Below, one piece after another: positions 12,001-24,000 of a stretch of 64,000 bases of DNA. How positions within the stretch are numbered: the stretch's first letter is position 1; each line of letters begins with the position of its first letter. The notes beneath the pieces were generated by a model, which was not told where the DNA came from, ran no database searches, and saw nothing but the letters and a program-made list of their open reading frames with translations. The translations under genes and the position numbers were made by a program. The DNA is from Lama guanicoe (lineage: Eukaryota), in the NCBI GenBank assembly GCA_013239625.1, contig MU056251.1:248001-312000 (forward strand), read 5' to 3'.

Positions 12001-15000
12001 GAGTGGTTTACATGCCCTCGGGCAGCTCTGTCCTCCTGTTCTGAAAACTAAGCGTCTGCTTGGCCTGAGGGCTGCTCCGTGCGTGGTAGGTGGTGAGGAC
12101 GAGACTGCAGAGCTGAGCCCTGGGCTGCGGCCTCAGTGACCTCAGTCAGAGAAGAATGGGAAACGGCAAGCGCGGGGGCCCTCAGCTTGGCAAGTGTGGA
12201 GTCAGGAGGGTCAGCGTGGCCAGAGCCTGGCGACTGGGCTGCGTGGGGGCAGAAGTCAGCCTCATGGGCCGGGTAGCTGTGGTTAGGAGTTTGGATTGGA
12301 TTCTGATGAAACGGAAGCCTTTGGAGGAGAGCTCGACCTGAAACTCAGACGGTTTTCTTTCTTCAGCAGGCAGGAGCCATTAAGACGTCTGTTACAGGGA
12401 CAAGCATGCCTACGGGTAAGAGTCAGAGATGCCACGATCCAGGACAGTCCTTCCCTCTCCCCCTGCCTCACAGCCCCTCTCTCTGCAGGTGCGGTGAGCG
12501 GAAACGTGATTGTGAACACCATCGCTGGTGTCCCCGCCGCCACCTTCCAGTCCATTAACAAGCGCCTAGCTTCACCCGTGGCACCTGGAGCCCTGACCGT
12601 GAGTTGTCTCTGCCCCTGGGTGCTTGTGGTGGCATGAGTGGCCTAGGAGGCTGCAGAAGTTGTTTGCTTTTTGAAAAATATTCCGTCGGTACAGGAAGTG
12701 CTAATCTAAGACTCGTGACCATTCAGGTGTTCAGAGGATGGTTTCTGTGTTGTCTTCCAAGGGAGTGTGCGTGTGGAAACCCACCATGTGATTGTGGGAG
12801 GTGGTGGGCTATGAAGGCACCCACGTGCCACGGTGACAGATGTGCCTGGTGGGGGACGTTGGGGCTCTCGCACGGTGTCACAGGATGGCGGGACATGCCT
12901 TCATGCGGCTTGCCCAAGTGTGCAAGTGCTGTACTGGGCACGAGGGGTCAGTTTCTGGGGGTCCAGGCCCAGGTGTGGACGCGGAGCTGCAGGCCCCCTG
13001 AGCTTGTAACCAAAGGAGACAGGGCGCTCAGCAGAAGACACAGCTGGCTGGCTGTGGTGTGTCACCGTAAGAAGCAGACAAGAACAACTGAAATGAAGGA
13101 GTTTACATTGCATCCTGATTTCCAGTTGAGCCATAGGCCTGAAAGCACCCTGTGTGCCCTGAATGAGACAAAGCGGTTTCAAAGTCAGCAGTGCTGTGGC
13201 AGGTTGTGTGATGTCTCTCTTGGGCTCTGAGACGTGTCTTTCCTACGAAGGAGTTGCTGTAGTGATGTAGACAGTGTGGAGTTGGCAGGGGCAGACCGTA
13301 AGACCACGAGAGGACGAGGGTCCGTGCAGACCCACACGTACAAGTCAGGCAGGCCTCATTGGGAGTGTCCGAGGGTCTCAGTGGAGAATGGTGCTGGAGG
13401 AGGGGTAGCCATACGCAGAACTGAAGTGTATACAGTATCTACGGAAAGTCATCAGAATGGATCACAGACCCGAATGTAAAACCCAAAACTAGAGAACTTC
13501 TAGAAGAAAACATAGGACATCTTTGCTACCTTGATTAGGCAAAGATTTCTTAGGATATCAAAAGCATGCAAATTGTGGTGGGAAAAATAATGTAGGCTTC
13601 TTCAAATCAAGAACTTCTGCTTTTTGGAAACTTATTAAGAAATGAAAAGCATGGGGAATGTTTGCAGAATGTATCTGATAAAGAATTGGTATTCAGATTA
13701 TATAAAGATTCTCCAATATAAAGAGTCTTCAGCGAGGAGGGTATAGCTCAGTGGTAGAGTATGTGCTTAGTATGCATGAGGTCCTGGGTTCCATCCCCAG
13801 TACCTCCACTAAAAGTTAATAGGTAAACTTAATTACCTCCCCCTCAGAAAAACAAAGACAAAATAAAAAAACCAAAAAACAAACACCTACATTAAAGGGA
13901 GAGGTCCTCTCATTTAAAAAAAAAGATTCTTCAGTCAATAATAAGAAAACAGACAACTGTAAGAAATGGAAGGTCTGAGCAGTTACTTTGCCACAGACCA
14001 TACACGGATGGCACATAAAACACGAGAAGGCGTGCAGCGCGTCGTCACTCGGGAGAGGTAACAGCCGAGTCTCCAGCACCACACACCTGCGAGGACGGCC
14101 TGCAGGAAGCCCGAAGGCCGGCGGTGCCGAGCGCGGTGAGGGTGCAGGACAGCTGAAGTCCTCCAGCCAGTCTGGAAGACCGCCCGGGTGTTTCTGAGAG
14201 AGTTAACCGTACACTTAGTGTACAGCCTGTCAGTCCCACTCCTGGGTTTCCCCCAAGAGGAACGAAAACACAGGTATGCACAAAAAACCCAGACGTGACT
14301 GTGTTGAGGGGCTGTATTCATCATTACTAAGTACGGGAACGACCCGGTGTCCGGCAGCTCGGGTGGCTCTCAGGCTGGCGGGTTGCTGGCTAGCAGCCGT
14401 TTCCAGAGGCTGCATGTGTGTGTGGTTCCAGTTAAATAATTCCGGGAAGGCAAAGCCGTAGGGATGGAAACAAAATATGTTCTGTGTCTGGATTATGGTG
14501 GCTCTTTGGCCATGTACCCATGTAATTCATAGAACTCTGTACCCGAAACAGGTGAACTTTTCTGTGTGTAAATTACACACAGTAAATTGGGCTTTAAAAG
14601 TTAAAATAATCTCAGCAATGGGATATATATGAAAACGGTTTCTAGGATGTGATTTAGGATTATTCATTCATTTTCCTTTCTGCTTTGTAATAAACTGCTT
14701 TAGATTCGGCCACTTCAGTAAATAGCAGAAGCTATTAGGCCTGTGGCATTAGGGTCATTCTGTACGACCGGTGCCGCCGCTTCTGGGAGGGTGGCAGACT
14801 ACGCTCAATTGCATTTGATGTTTTACTTTGAAAAAGACCTGTTTCTTTGGTGATACACTTGAAAGAGAGCAGTTGATCCACAATGTGTTTTTTGAGCAAC
14901 TCTTGTAGACAGGATTCTCTCCCTGGTGATGTGGAGACAGGAGTAGGAATCAAACTGGTGGCACGCCTTCATAGCGCCCCTGCAGTCCTAGGGCCGGAGC

Positions 15001-18000
15001 ACAGCGGAGGCACAGGTGACAGGCGGGGAAGGCGGCTGGGGCTCCTACAGACCAGGGAGATGAGCCACAGAAACGGCTCTCGGGAAGATGGCAAGCCGTG
15101 TGAGCAGAGGGTCAGCAGCGAGAGAGGGGATGGCGTATCCAGGGGAGAGTGGGCGGTTCTGGTCAGATGGAGGACAGAACGCATCAGCAGAGGCGTGATG
15201 GGGCCCACAGCCTCCCAGAGGCTCTTGAGTGGCTCCGTCTGCTTGGCCTGGTGACCTCGAGGCCAGATTGTTTGGGGGCTTGGAGATCAGGCCAGAGAAC
15301 ACGGGTTTTGTTCACCATGTGATGGGGAGCCCTTGACAATCTTTGAGCAGTGGTATGTTTTAGGAAAAGTCGTGTGATGAGCGGATTAGAGCAGGAAAGG
15401 TTAGAGCTGCTTCAGTAGTGTGGGAAGGGACTTCTGTTTCTGGTATTAAGGTGAGTTATTTATACCACTTTCCTAATGAACTGAAATTATTGGATAAAAA
15501 ATGTAAACATCTTAAAAGCCTCAAGGAACTGCCCAAGAGTAACTGATTATTAGGCCAAAATCTAAGGGAAGAGGAAACCCAGAGGTAAACAGTGCACTGA
15601 GGCTGTGTCTGCCTTAGAGTACACTCCCCTTCTCAGACAGGGGCCTCCTGTTCAAGCCCAAGGCCCCGCCCACCCGGCTGGAACGTGAGGAAGGAGGCGT
15701 GGATACCTTGAGACAGGGTCTGGATGGCGGAGGTTGGAGGGCAGGGTGAACCAGAAGGAAAGTCCATCTGCCCTACACCCTCATGCTGAGCAGAGGTGGG
15801 GTCGGGGACTCTTCCTGCAAAGTTGGAGCCACAAGTCAGCTCTCGGTCAGTTTGCAGCTTGAAAGTTGCCTCCAAAGGGCCCCCTAACCCTCAAATCCAG
15901 TGATGTAGTCCTGGATGGGCAGTGTCCCTGGATGGTGGCCAGAGTCACATGCAGATTTTTCTGGACGTGTATGCCTTTGTCCTGGGCTTGTTGGAGTGTG
16001 TGCAGTGGCTTTTCAGGTGCAGTGAGCAGCATGTGAAAGAAGATAACCAAGCACACAAGGGAAGGCAGCACCACGAGGGAGAGTGAGCAGAAACAGCCCA
16101 CAATAGTGGGCTGGCCTTTACGGCTTGAGATAGTGGGGTTATTGGGTACAGGTTATAGAACCATTATACTTTTGTTTTAAAGAAATAAGAGACGCTTGAG
16201 AATGTAAAAACCAGGAAACTATAAAAAAAAAAAGCCAACATAGAGAACTTTAAGAAATGAAAAAAACAGTTACCAACATTGAAACATAAATCTTATAATT
16301 GGGCTTAATATCAGTTTCCACACAGTTGAAGAGAGACTTAGTGAACTGGAAGGTAAATCACAAGAAGTTATTCGGCACGTGGCGGGGGAGATAGCAGGCG
16401 GAGGTACTGGAGAGAATTTAGAGCTGTGGAGGACGGGGTGAGAGGAGGTGACATGTGGTTACTCAGAGTTCCAGACAGAGTTGAGCAGAGACCGTAGAGG
16501 TTCCCAGAACTGATGGACGGCACTGACTTGTACACGCCCAAAGCCCAGCTCACCTGCACCTACGTGATGCCAGTGATGAGGAGGTCTTGGCTGCAGCCAG
16601 AGAAAAGGCAGGTTGCCTTCAGAAGTCCATCAGCTTCCTGCTCGGTGGGAGAGCTGAAGTCAGGAGCCAGGGGATGACATTTTTGCTGGAGGGAGAGAAA
16701 ACTACTGCCAGCTGGAGGTTCTGTATCTTCTGAAAATGCCTTGAGCAACAAGGGTAAAATAAAAAACATTTCGAACAAGGCTTGAGAGCGTTACCTGCAG
16801 ACCTTTCCTAAATGAACAGTCGTCCCTCAGCATCCGCGGGGGACGCGTTCCAGAGCCTTCCGGGTCTGCCGAGGTCTGAGGACGCTCGCGTCCCCAGAGC
16901 CGGCCTGGGTGTCCTGGTCCTGCGCTGTGGGGTCTGTCAGCCTAGGTCAGGTAGCGCTGGAGGACAGACTGAGAAAAATCCACGTGCAGGTGGACCCGTG
17001 CAGCGCAAGCCCGTGTTGCTGCTCAAGGGTCAGCTGTACTGGAGGCAGAAGGTAGGTGCTCCCAGATGGAAGGTCTGTGAAACGAGAGCAGAGGAAACAA
17101 GTATGTGACGTAGTTGAGGTGCAAATTGACTTCATAAGCAACAGTGACTCACTCACTGTGGGGTCAGCAGAGGTGGGCGTAGCACACGGTGCAGTGACGT
17201 GAGCTGGGAAAGCGGGAGGCGTTGAGTGTTCCAGAAGCTCTTCCTTGTTCAGGAGAAGTGTGAAGTTACTGACAAGGCTTCGGTATAATTTTTGACAAGC
17301 CACCAAAGAAAAATAGAGTATAACTTCTAAACTTAGGGAAAAGTGGGGTGAGAAAAAAATCTGAAAGAAAGCAAGAAAGGTGATTAAAAGGCACGTGGAA
17401 TGGAGGAGAGGACAGAGCTCAGTGCTGCAGCATGGGCCTAGTGTGCACAAGGTCCTGGGTTCCATCCCCAGTGCCTCCGTTAATTAATTAACCTAATTAC
17501 CTCTCCCCTCGCCCCCCGAAACATGGGACGGATAGATTGAATAGAAATCACAGAGTAAGATGCTGGGTTTAGATTTAAAACCAGAAGCAGTGGAATGTCA
17601 AAAGGTCAGAAATGAACTGAATAGTCCAGGAAGATGTCTGCACCAACGGGGCCAGCGGAGGACAGAGTCATGTTTAAGGGCAGTTTCAGAGGTGGACAGA
17701 GGTAGTTGGTCCACCGGTTGTGGGGCTGGGGTGGGGCGCTGCGCCCCGGAGGGACGCGGGAAGCCGTGGGGCTGCCCCAGGACCCGGAGCAGAAGGGGGC
17801 GGGTTCAGGAATGGCGGTGGAAAGCCGGGATCCTGGGACTGTGTGTTCTGGGGGACAAACTTGGGCATTGGGAGGATAGCCAAGAATCTCGTATGTTCCT
17901 TGGGGCCAGGAGGTCTTTTGAGTGAGCACAGGAGGACAGGGACAGCCAGCGTTTTGGAGTGGGAATGGGAACGTTGTTTCCTGAAATTTCATTCTGTGGT

Positions 18001-21000
18001 TACCCGTCCCCTCTGGAGCACAGGGGGCGTGCTTTGAGCTTACAGATGAAGCTTTCTCTTAGCACACTGTCTGTCGAAAGGCCAGCATCTGGAATGCCCT
18101 TTGTTTTCTTGGATTTAGAGTTTGCTGCCCTTTCTATCCACCCGATGAGTGTAAAAGTCTTGAGGAGCAGCACGATGCCGCCTGATAGTGTCTGTTGCCT
18201 TTTCCAGACGTCCGGAGGCTCCGCCCCCGCCCAGGTGGTCCACACCCAGCCTCGAGCGGTCGGCTCACCGGCCACGGCCACGTCGGACCTGGTGTCTCTG
18301 GCACCAACTCAGGGCGTTCGCGCAGTGACCTCGGTGACGGCCTCGGCCGTGGTCACGACCAGCCTGACCCCCGTGCAGACCACGACCCGGTCTCTGGTGA
18401 CTCAGGTGTCCCAGGGTAAGGGCAGGTTTGGTTTCCCCTGCGGCCTGTCCTGCTTCTTCCGTAGGGCGGGGCCGACGCTTGCACGCGTAGTGGGCGGGGG
18501 TGGGCCAGGTCAGCCTGCAGGCTCACGGCAGGCAGCCTCTTCCAGCCACAGGGGTCCAGCTTCCCGGGAAAAGCATCACCCCGGCGCACTTCCAGCTCCT
18601 CCGGCAGCAGCAGCAGCAGCAGCAGCCGCAGGCGGCCTCGCAGGCGCAGGTCCCTCAGATGCAGGGCCAGGCCCAGTCGCCCGCGCAGATCAAAGCCGTA
18701 GGCAAGTTGACTCCGGTGAGCATCCTCCAGAAAGCCGTGAACACGCTGTCTGTGCGATGATGCCTTGTGTCCTGTAGTCCAGAGTGTATTCTGCATGACC
18801 GCCATTGTCTGTATGCGGGACCTGGGTCTGTCGTCTGTAAGAGCAGTTTTCCACGCGGAACCGCTGTCGTGGCGGTGTGGGCAGCTGGCTGTCGGCTCTC
18901 CGGAGGCCGTCGCCCCGGCTTCCAGGTGCACCGTCCCACTCGCTTTCTTGTGCTGTGTCTGCGTGGCAGCGTGGGCTCAGAGAGAACTGGGCGCCTCCCC
19001 CGACCAGAGAAGATGCTGGTGAAGGGCCTTCCTTGACAGTTTCAGAGACGAGGTGGTGAGGCTTGACCTCTTTAGGAAACAGTTCATTTGTGGTACTGTT
19101 TCTCAGTTAGCCGTTTGAGCACTGATGTTCCTGAGTGTCCCTGATCTCCGTATCCCCTGTGCTGTTATGTAAGGAAACACGTTCATTTTAAAAGGAAATA
19201 CTATATTCCTGCCACAAATGGAAAAGCATTAGTACTCAATGTAGAAAGTAACCAGAAAAGCACATGAAATAAAAACAAGACCTTTAGAGTTGCAGCTAGC
19301 TGTTGGGCCTGCGCAGTAAGCACCTGACCCAGGCCTGCCCCATGTCGGTCACAGAGGGGACCAGGGTGCTGGAGGGCTGTGGAGGGCGTGCTGGCACTAG
19401 CGAGATCCATCCTCGAGGCACCCGACCACGTGCCACAGACACAAAGTGCAGCCAAACAAGATGTTCGGTTCCTCAGTCACACCAGCCACATTTCAAGGGC
19501 ACAGTGGCCACGGTGGCTGTGATGACTGCATTGGCCAGCCCAGGTTGAGCATGTGTCCATCACTGCAGAAAGCGCTGGTGGGCAGCACCCAGCTACAGGC
19601 GAGCTGTCAGAGGGGTCTGCTTCCCTTCGCACTTCCATAGCCCTCCCCCTGCAGGGCAGCAGGGCCTTCGGCACCCTGCTCAGCGCCGCCACCCCTTTGT
19701 CTGGTCCCCTGCTCCTGCCCTTCTCCTAAACCAGGTGCAGAGTCCTTTACCTTTTCAGCCTCTTGAAAAGAGATCTGATAGTGATGAACAACTCAGTATG
19801 CTTTCTTTTTCTTTATTTTTTAAAGAAAAACATTTATTCCTTAAAGTTATTTTTTTAACTGTCTTAGTATCTTTATGTTTTGACTTCTCTTGAAGACGTG
19901 GGTTATGGATTAAATTTTCATTTGGAGACAGAATACAGAATTTAGAACTGAAGCTTATCTTATAATAAGCTTTAAAATTTCCAGAGGGACCACAATTTTA
20001 AGACAAAATTTTTTGATGGCGTGACAGCTTTAAATTGACCTGTTTGTAAGTGATGAGAGCTGAGGAATTTGCTGATCTGTCAGAATCACTGTTGCGAGTT
20101 CTCATCAGTGATACGCTGACTTCTAATAAAGGATCGTTTTTCAGTGTTGGAAGGCCTGGAGGACGGTTTGCACACTGTATGTTAGCACTGTTTACTTTGC
20201 TATTTAACGGGTGGTGGAACAGTAACTTAAAACCAAGATTTATATTTTAAAGACCAGAACACAGGTAGCGTTGATGCAAGGTGACTTTGTCTGGGTTTCA
20301 GGAGCACCTGATCAAGATGCAGAAGCAGAAGCTGCAGCTGCCCCAGCAGGCGCCCCCGCCGCAGGCCCCCCCAGGGCCGCCTCCGCCGCCGGCACAAGTG
20401 CAGGTGCAGCCCCCGCAGCCCGCGCAGCAGCAGAGCCCCCAGCTCACCACGGTCACGGCGCCGCGGCCCGGCGCCCTGCTCACGGGCACCACCGTGGCCA
20501 ACCTCCAGGTGGCCCGGCTTGTAAGTTCCGGTCGATGTGCTTGTTTTTCCAGAGCAGCGTCTTCTTACGTTTTACCTAAGGTTTTACCTGCTGAGGCCCA
20601 TGCAGGTATCACAGCGAAGTTACCAGTAAAGACGTGCTCTTTCCCCAGGAACTAGAGTTCTCTTTGGAGAGAATGCGACCCCACACGTGGGAAACATTCA
20701 CGTCTGCGTACTTTCCAGGGCCCTGTGTCACAAAGCCGGTGGTGGCCCGAGAGTTGGGGGAGGAGGGAGCGAGCCAGACCATGGAGGGCAGTAGGGCTGG
20801 TGCAGGGGCCGAGGGGAGGGTGAGGTGCGGCCTGGGGAAGGCCACCCGGGGCGCTGGGCTGGAGCTCGGGGGCAAGGCCTGTGTGGCTGGAGTGGAGGGC
20901 AGGGTGAGGGAGGCCCGACGGCCCGGCTCGGGCACCGCGGTGACTTGTAGGCACTGAGACTCCACAGCTGTCTAAGGATGGGATAGCGTTGGCTGAGAGT

Positions 21001-24000
21001 GGTGTCTGGGAAGATTGGTTACACTTGGCGAGTGTTGGTTGAGGGTCCTCTGGGCTGGATGCTGTCACATCAGGCCAGCCGGTGCCCGGCGCACCGGCGA
21101 CAGCAGCTAACGTTGGGGTTCCTGCTTGGGGCCAGGTGTTGCCTTAGGCTCCATGCCTGTCACCTGACTGCCGCTCACAGGCAGGAGTGGGTGTTTAACG
21201 TTAACTCCGTCTCGCAGGTGCAGAAATGGAGGCACGCAGCCTCAAGTAACTTGCCCAGGGCTGCAGCTAGTCCCCACCATGCCACCGCGACGTGCGGCCG
21301 GGTCCAGGCTCTGCTTCCTGTGTGCTTCACTCTGCTTAGTCTGTGAGGGGGGCATAGAAGTGGATAAAACTGCTAAAGCAGCTTGTTTCTCGTGCATTAA
21401 ATAAATGCCAGTTCAAATGAGAAGAGTAGTGGTCAGGCTGGCGGCCGGGGCCAGGGAAGGCCCGGTCCTTGGTGAGGGGGGGGGTCTTGCTGGACAGGCA
21501 GCGGCTCCCCGCTGTGGAGGGGATTCTAGGAGTCGAGCTGCAGTGTGCACACCATCTTCCCCCACGGTCCTGTTCCTGTTGTATCCTGAAGGAACAACAG
21601 AGCAAGCACAGCGATGAGCGTGCAGACTGGTGTGTCAGGGACGTCAGAGGCAGCGTAAGCCCCCAGCACTGAGACGGCCACTGTCCGCAGTGGGATGGTC
21701 GGCCGCCCTGAAGCACGGCTCTTGTGAAGGGAAGAGACCCGTTTCACATACTTGCACAGTCAGAGGCAGATACGGTCTGCTGGGCTGCAGGTCATCTGCG
21801 CAGGCTCACGGCTTGCTTCTGTTCTGTGTATTTTCTGAGGTAGTCTCGGGGTTTTGTACATATGAAAATGGATCTACTTCCATTTTCCTTTTACACGGAC
21901 AGCTTAGGGAGGCAAGTGGTAGGTAGCTGCGTGGTAACTGAGTAACAGGAGGTGGGGTGGTGGGTGGGCCCCAGCGGGCCCCGGGCTGAGCGGCGCCGCA
22001 GCTGCAGGGATGGGAGTTGAGAGGCGGAGGAAACGTGGCGTGGCCTGGTCACCCTGGGGCGCAGGCTGGAGGGAGAGGCGGGGTCCCCAGCCGAGCGTGC
22101 ACGTGCCCGAGGCGCGCAGGTCTTGCTGAGCCGCGTTCCCTGCGTGTGCTGGTGGTGACCGAGCCCCGGAGTCCTCCCGCGGTGAGTGGACCTCCTTGGC
22201 GACGCGTTGGCAGACGCGGAATCCTGAGTGTCTCTGGACTCCTCCTTGTTTTCCTGTCTAGACCCGGGTTCCCACTTCACAGCTGCAGGCGCAGGGGCAG
22301 CTGCAGGCCCAGGCACCCCAGCCGGCGCAGGTGGCGTTGGCGAAGCCCCCGGTGGTGTCCGTGCCCGCAGCCGTGGTCTCCTCGCCGGGCGTCACGACCC
22401 TGCCCATGAACGTCGCGGGCATCAGCGTGGCCATCGGGCAGCCGCAGAAAGCCACAGGTGCGTGTCACGTGCTCGCCCTGCGCCCCTCTGCCCGCAGCCG
22501 CGCCCAGTGAGCGTGGCCGCCAGCTGTCTGGGGTGTCATGGTGCGTTTTAGCAGCAGTGTCCCTCAGTTCAACATTACCGTTCTCAACTCCCCGCACCTT
22601 GATCTGACGGTGAGCTGAGAGACGTTTTAAGTATCTGGTAGACATAAGGGGCGCGTCATTCATCTCAGCATTGTTCCAGTGAGGTTTTCGGTGCAGAAGT
22701 CAGTGAAGGGGAGCCCAGTGCCCGTCCTTAGCCTGGTGACTGAACAGCCTGACGGGGGTGTGCCCTGATGGGGGTGTGTGTGTGTGTCCTGACGGGGGTG
22801 TGTGCCCTGACGGTGGGGAGGGGGTTGGGGAGCGCCCTGACGCCCGCCCGCCCTGACGCGTGTCCGCAGGGCAGACTGTCGTGGCCCAGCCCGTGCACGT
22901 CCAGCAGCTGCTGAAGCTCAAGCAGCAGGCCGTCCAGCAGCAGAAGGCCATCCAGCCACAAGCTGCCCCAGGCCCGGCCGCCGTCCAGCAGAAGGTACTG
23001 TCGGGGTCGGGCCGCTGCCGCGTCGGGGAGGCGTGGAGGTGGAGCGCATGGCCCTCCCGCACTGTCGGCCCCCACGCGCAGGAGACCTGTGGTCATGGGG
23101 AGGCAGTGGTCAATGAGACGGGGAGCCCGGAGCCCCGAGGGCCTGCGGGAACCGTAAGGGATGGGCTGTGGAATCGGGATTGGGAAGAGGCCGGAAGGAT
23201 CGGGAGAGCAGCGGGAGCCCACGGGGTGTGGCCCTCCTGGGCTGGCCTCCGGCGGCATAAAGCCCACCGCACCGCGGGTGCCGTCTTGGTCCTTGAGTCG
23301 GGGGTCGTGCCTGAGCTGTTCTCTGAGCTGTAGCTGCACACGCCTCTCCCTGGGGCCGGGCCTCGGGAAACACACGCTCAGAGAAGTGAGGTGACTTCTG
23401 CGGTGGGGAGCACTTGTGACAGCAGACAGAAACGGGGCCTGGGTGTCGCGGAGGCCCAGCGAACGTCTGAAAGAGGAAAGAGGACTAGAAGGGCTTTGGC
23501 CGAAGTACTTGTCTGTACGTTCACGTAACTTGAAATAAAACTTTGGAGCCGTGGAAGAATTTCCTTACGTGCAGTGGCTTTGTAAACCCCTGTGCAGGCC
23601 GCATGTGTGCGTGCCTTTCTGAGCAGTGTTTAACTCTCCTGGCAGAGGAACTAGAAATTAGGTTAAACATGCAGAGACCGTGCAGGTAGGTTTGTTAGTC
23701 TTCGTGCTGTTTTGGGGCATGTGGTAAGTTCTTAAAATGTGATTCGAGATGTATGTGTGGCGCTCACTCACCCCCATGGTGAGCAGACCAGGTGCCTGCA
23801 GGGGGCGGAGTGCCGACCCCGGCTGCGAGGGGGCCTGGCAGAGGCGGTACTGCGGTGGGGGGCTGCAAGGCCCGGGAGAGGGTAGAGGGCGGGCGGGAGC
23901 CGGCGGATGCCTGCGTCTCTGAGGAGGGGCCTCTCACCTGGGTTCTCTCTCTCTCTCCCCCCACAGATCACCGCCCAGCAGATTGCTGCTCAGGGCCAAG

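Larger units (their letters stand above)
16000..17640 (+). mobile_element. Degenerate L1 ORF1-region remnant with nested MER8 and SINE
   Basis: GGGCTTAATATCAG..ACACAGTTGAAGAGAGACTTAGTGAACTGGAAGG encodes an L1 ORF1 coiled-coil-like 'TVEERLSELE'; GGTAAAATAAAAAACATTT matches the ORF1 C-terminal region. Confidence 0.6.

Noticed and set aside
13736-13810. tRNA gene
   Set aside because: A and B boxes are present, but it is followed by a SINE tail, poly(A) and TSDs, with several diverged copies in the window.
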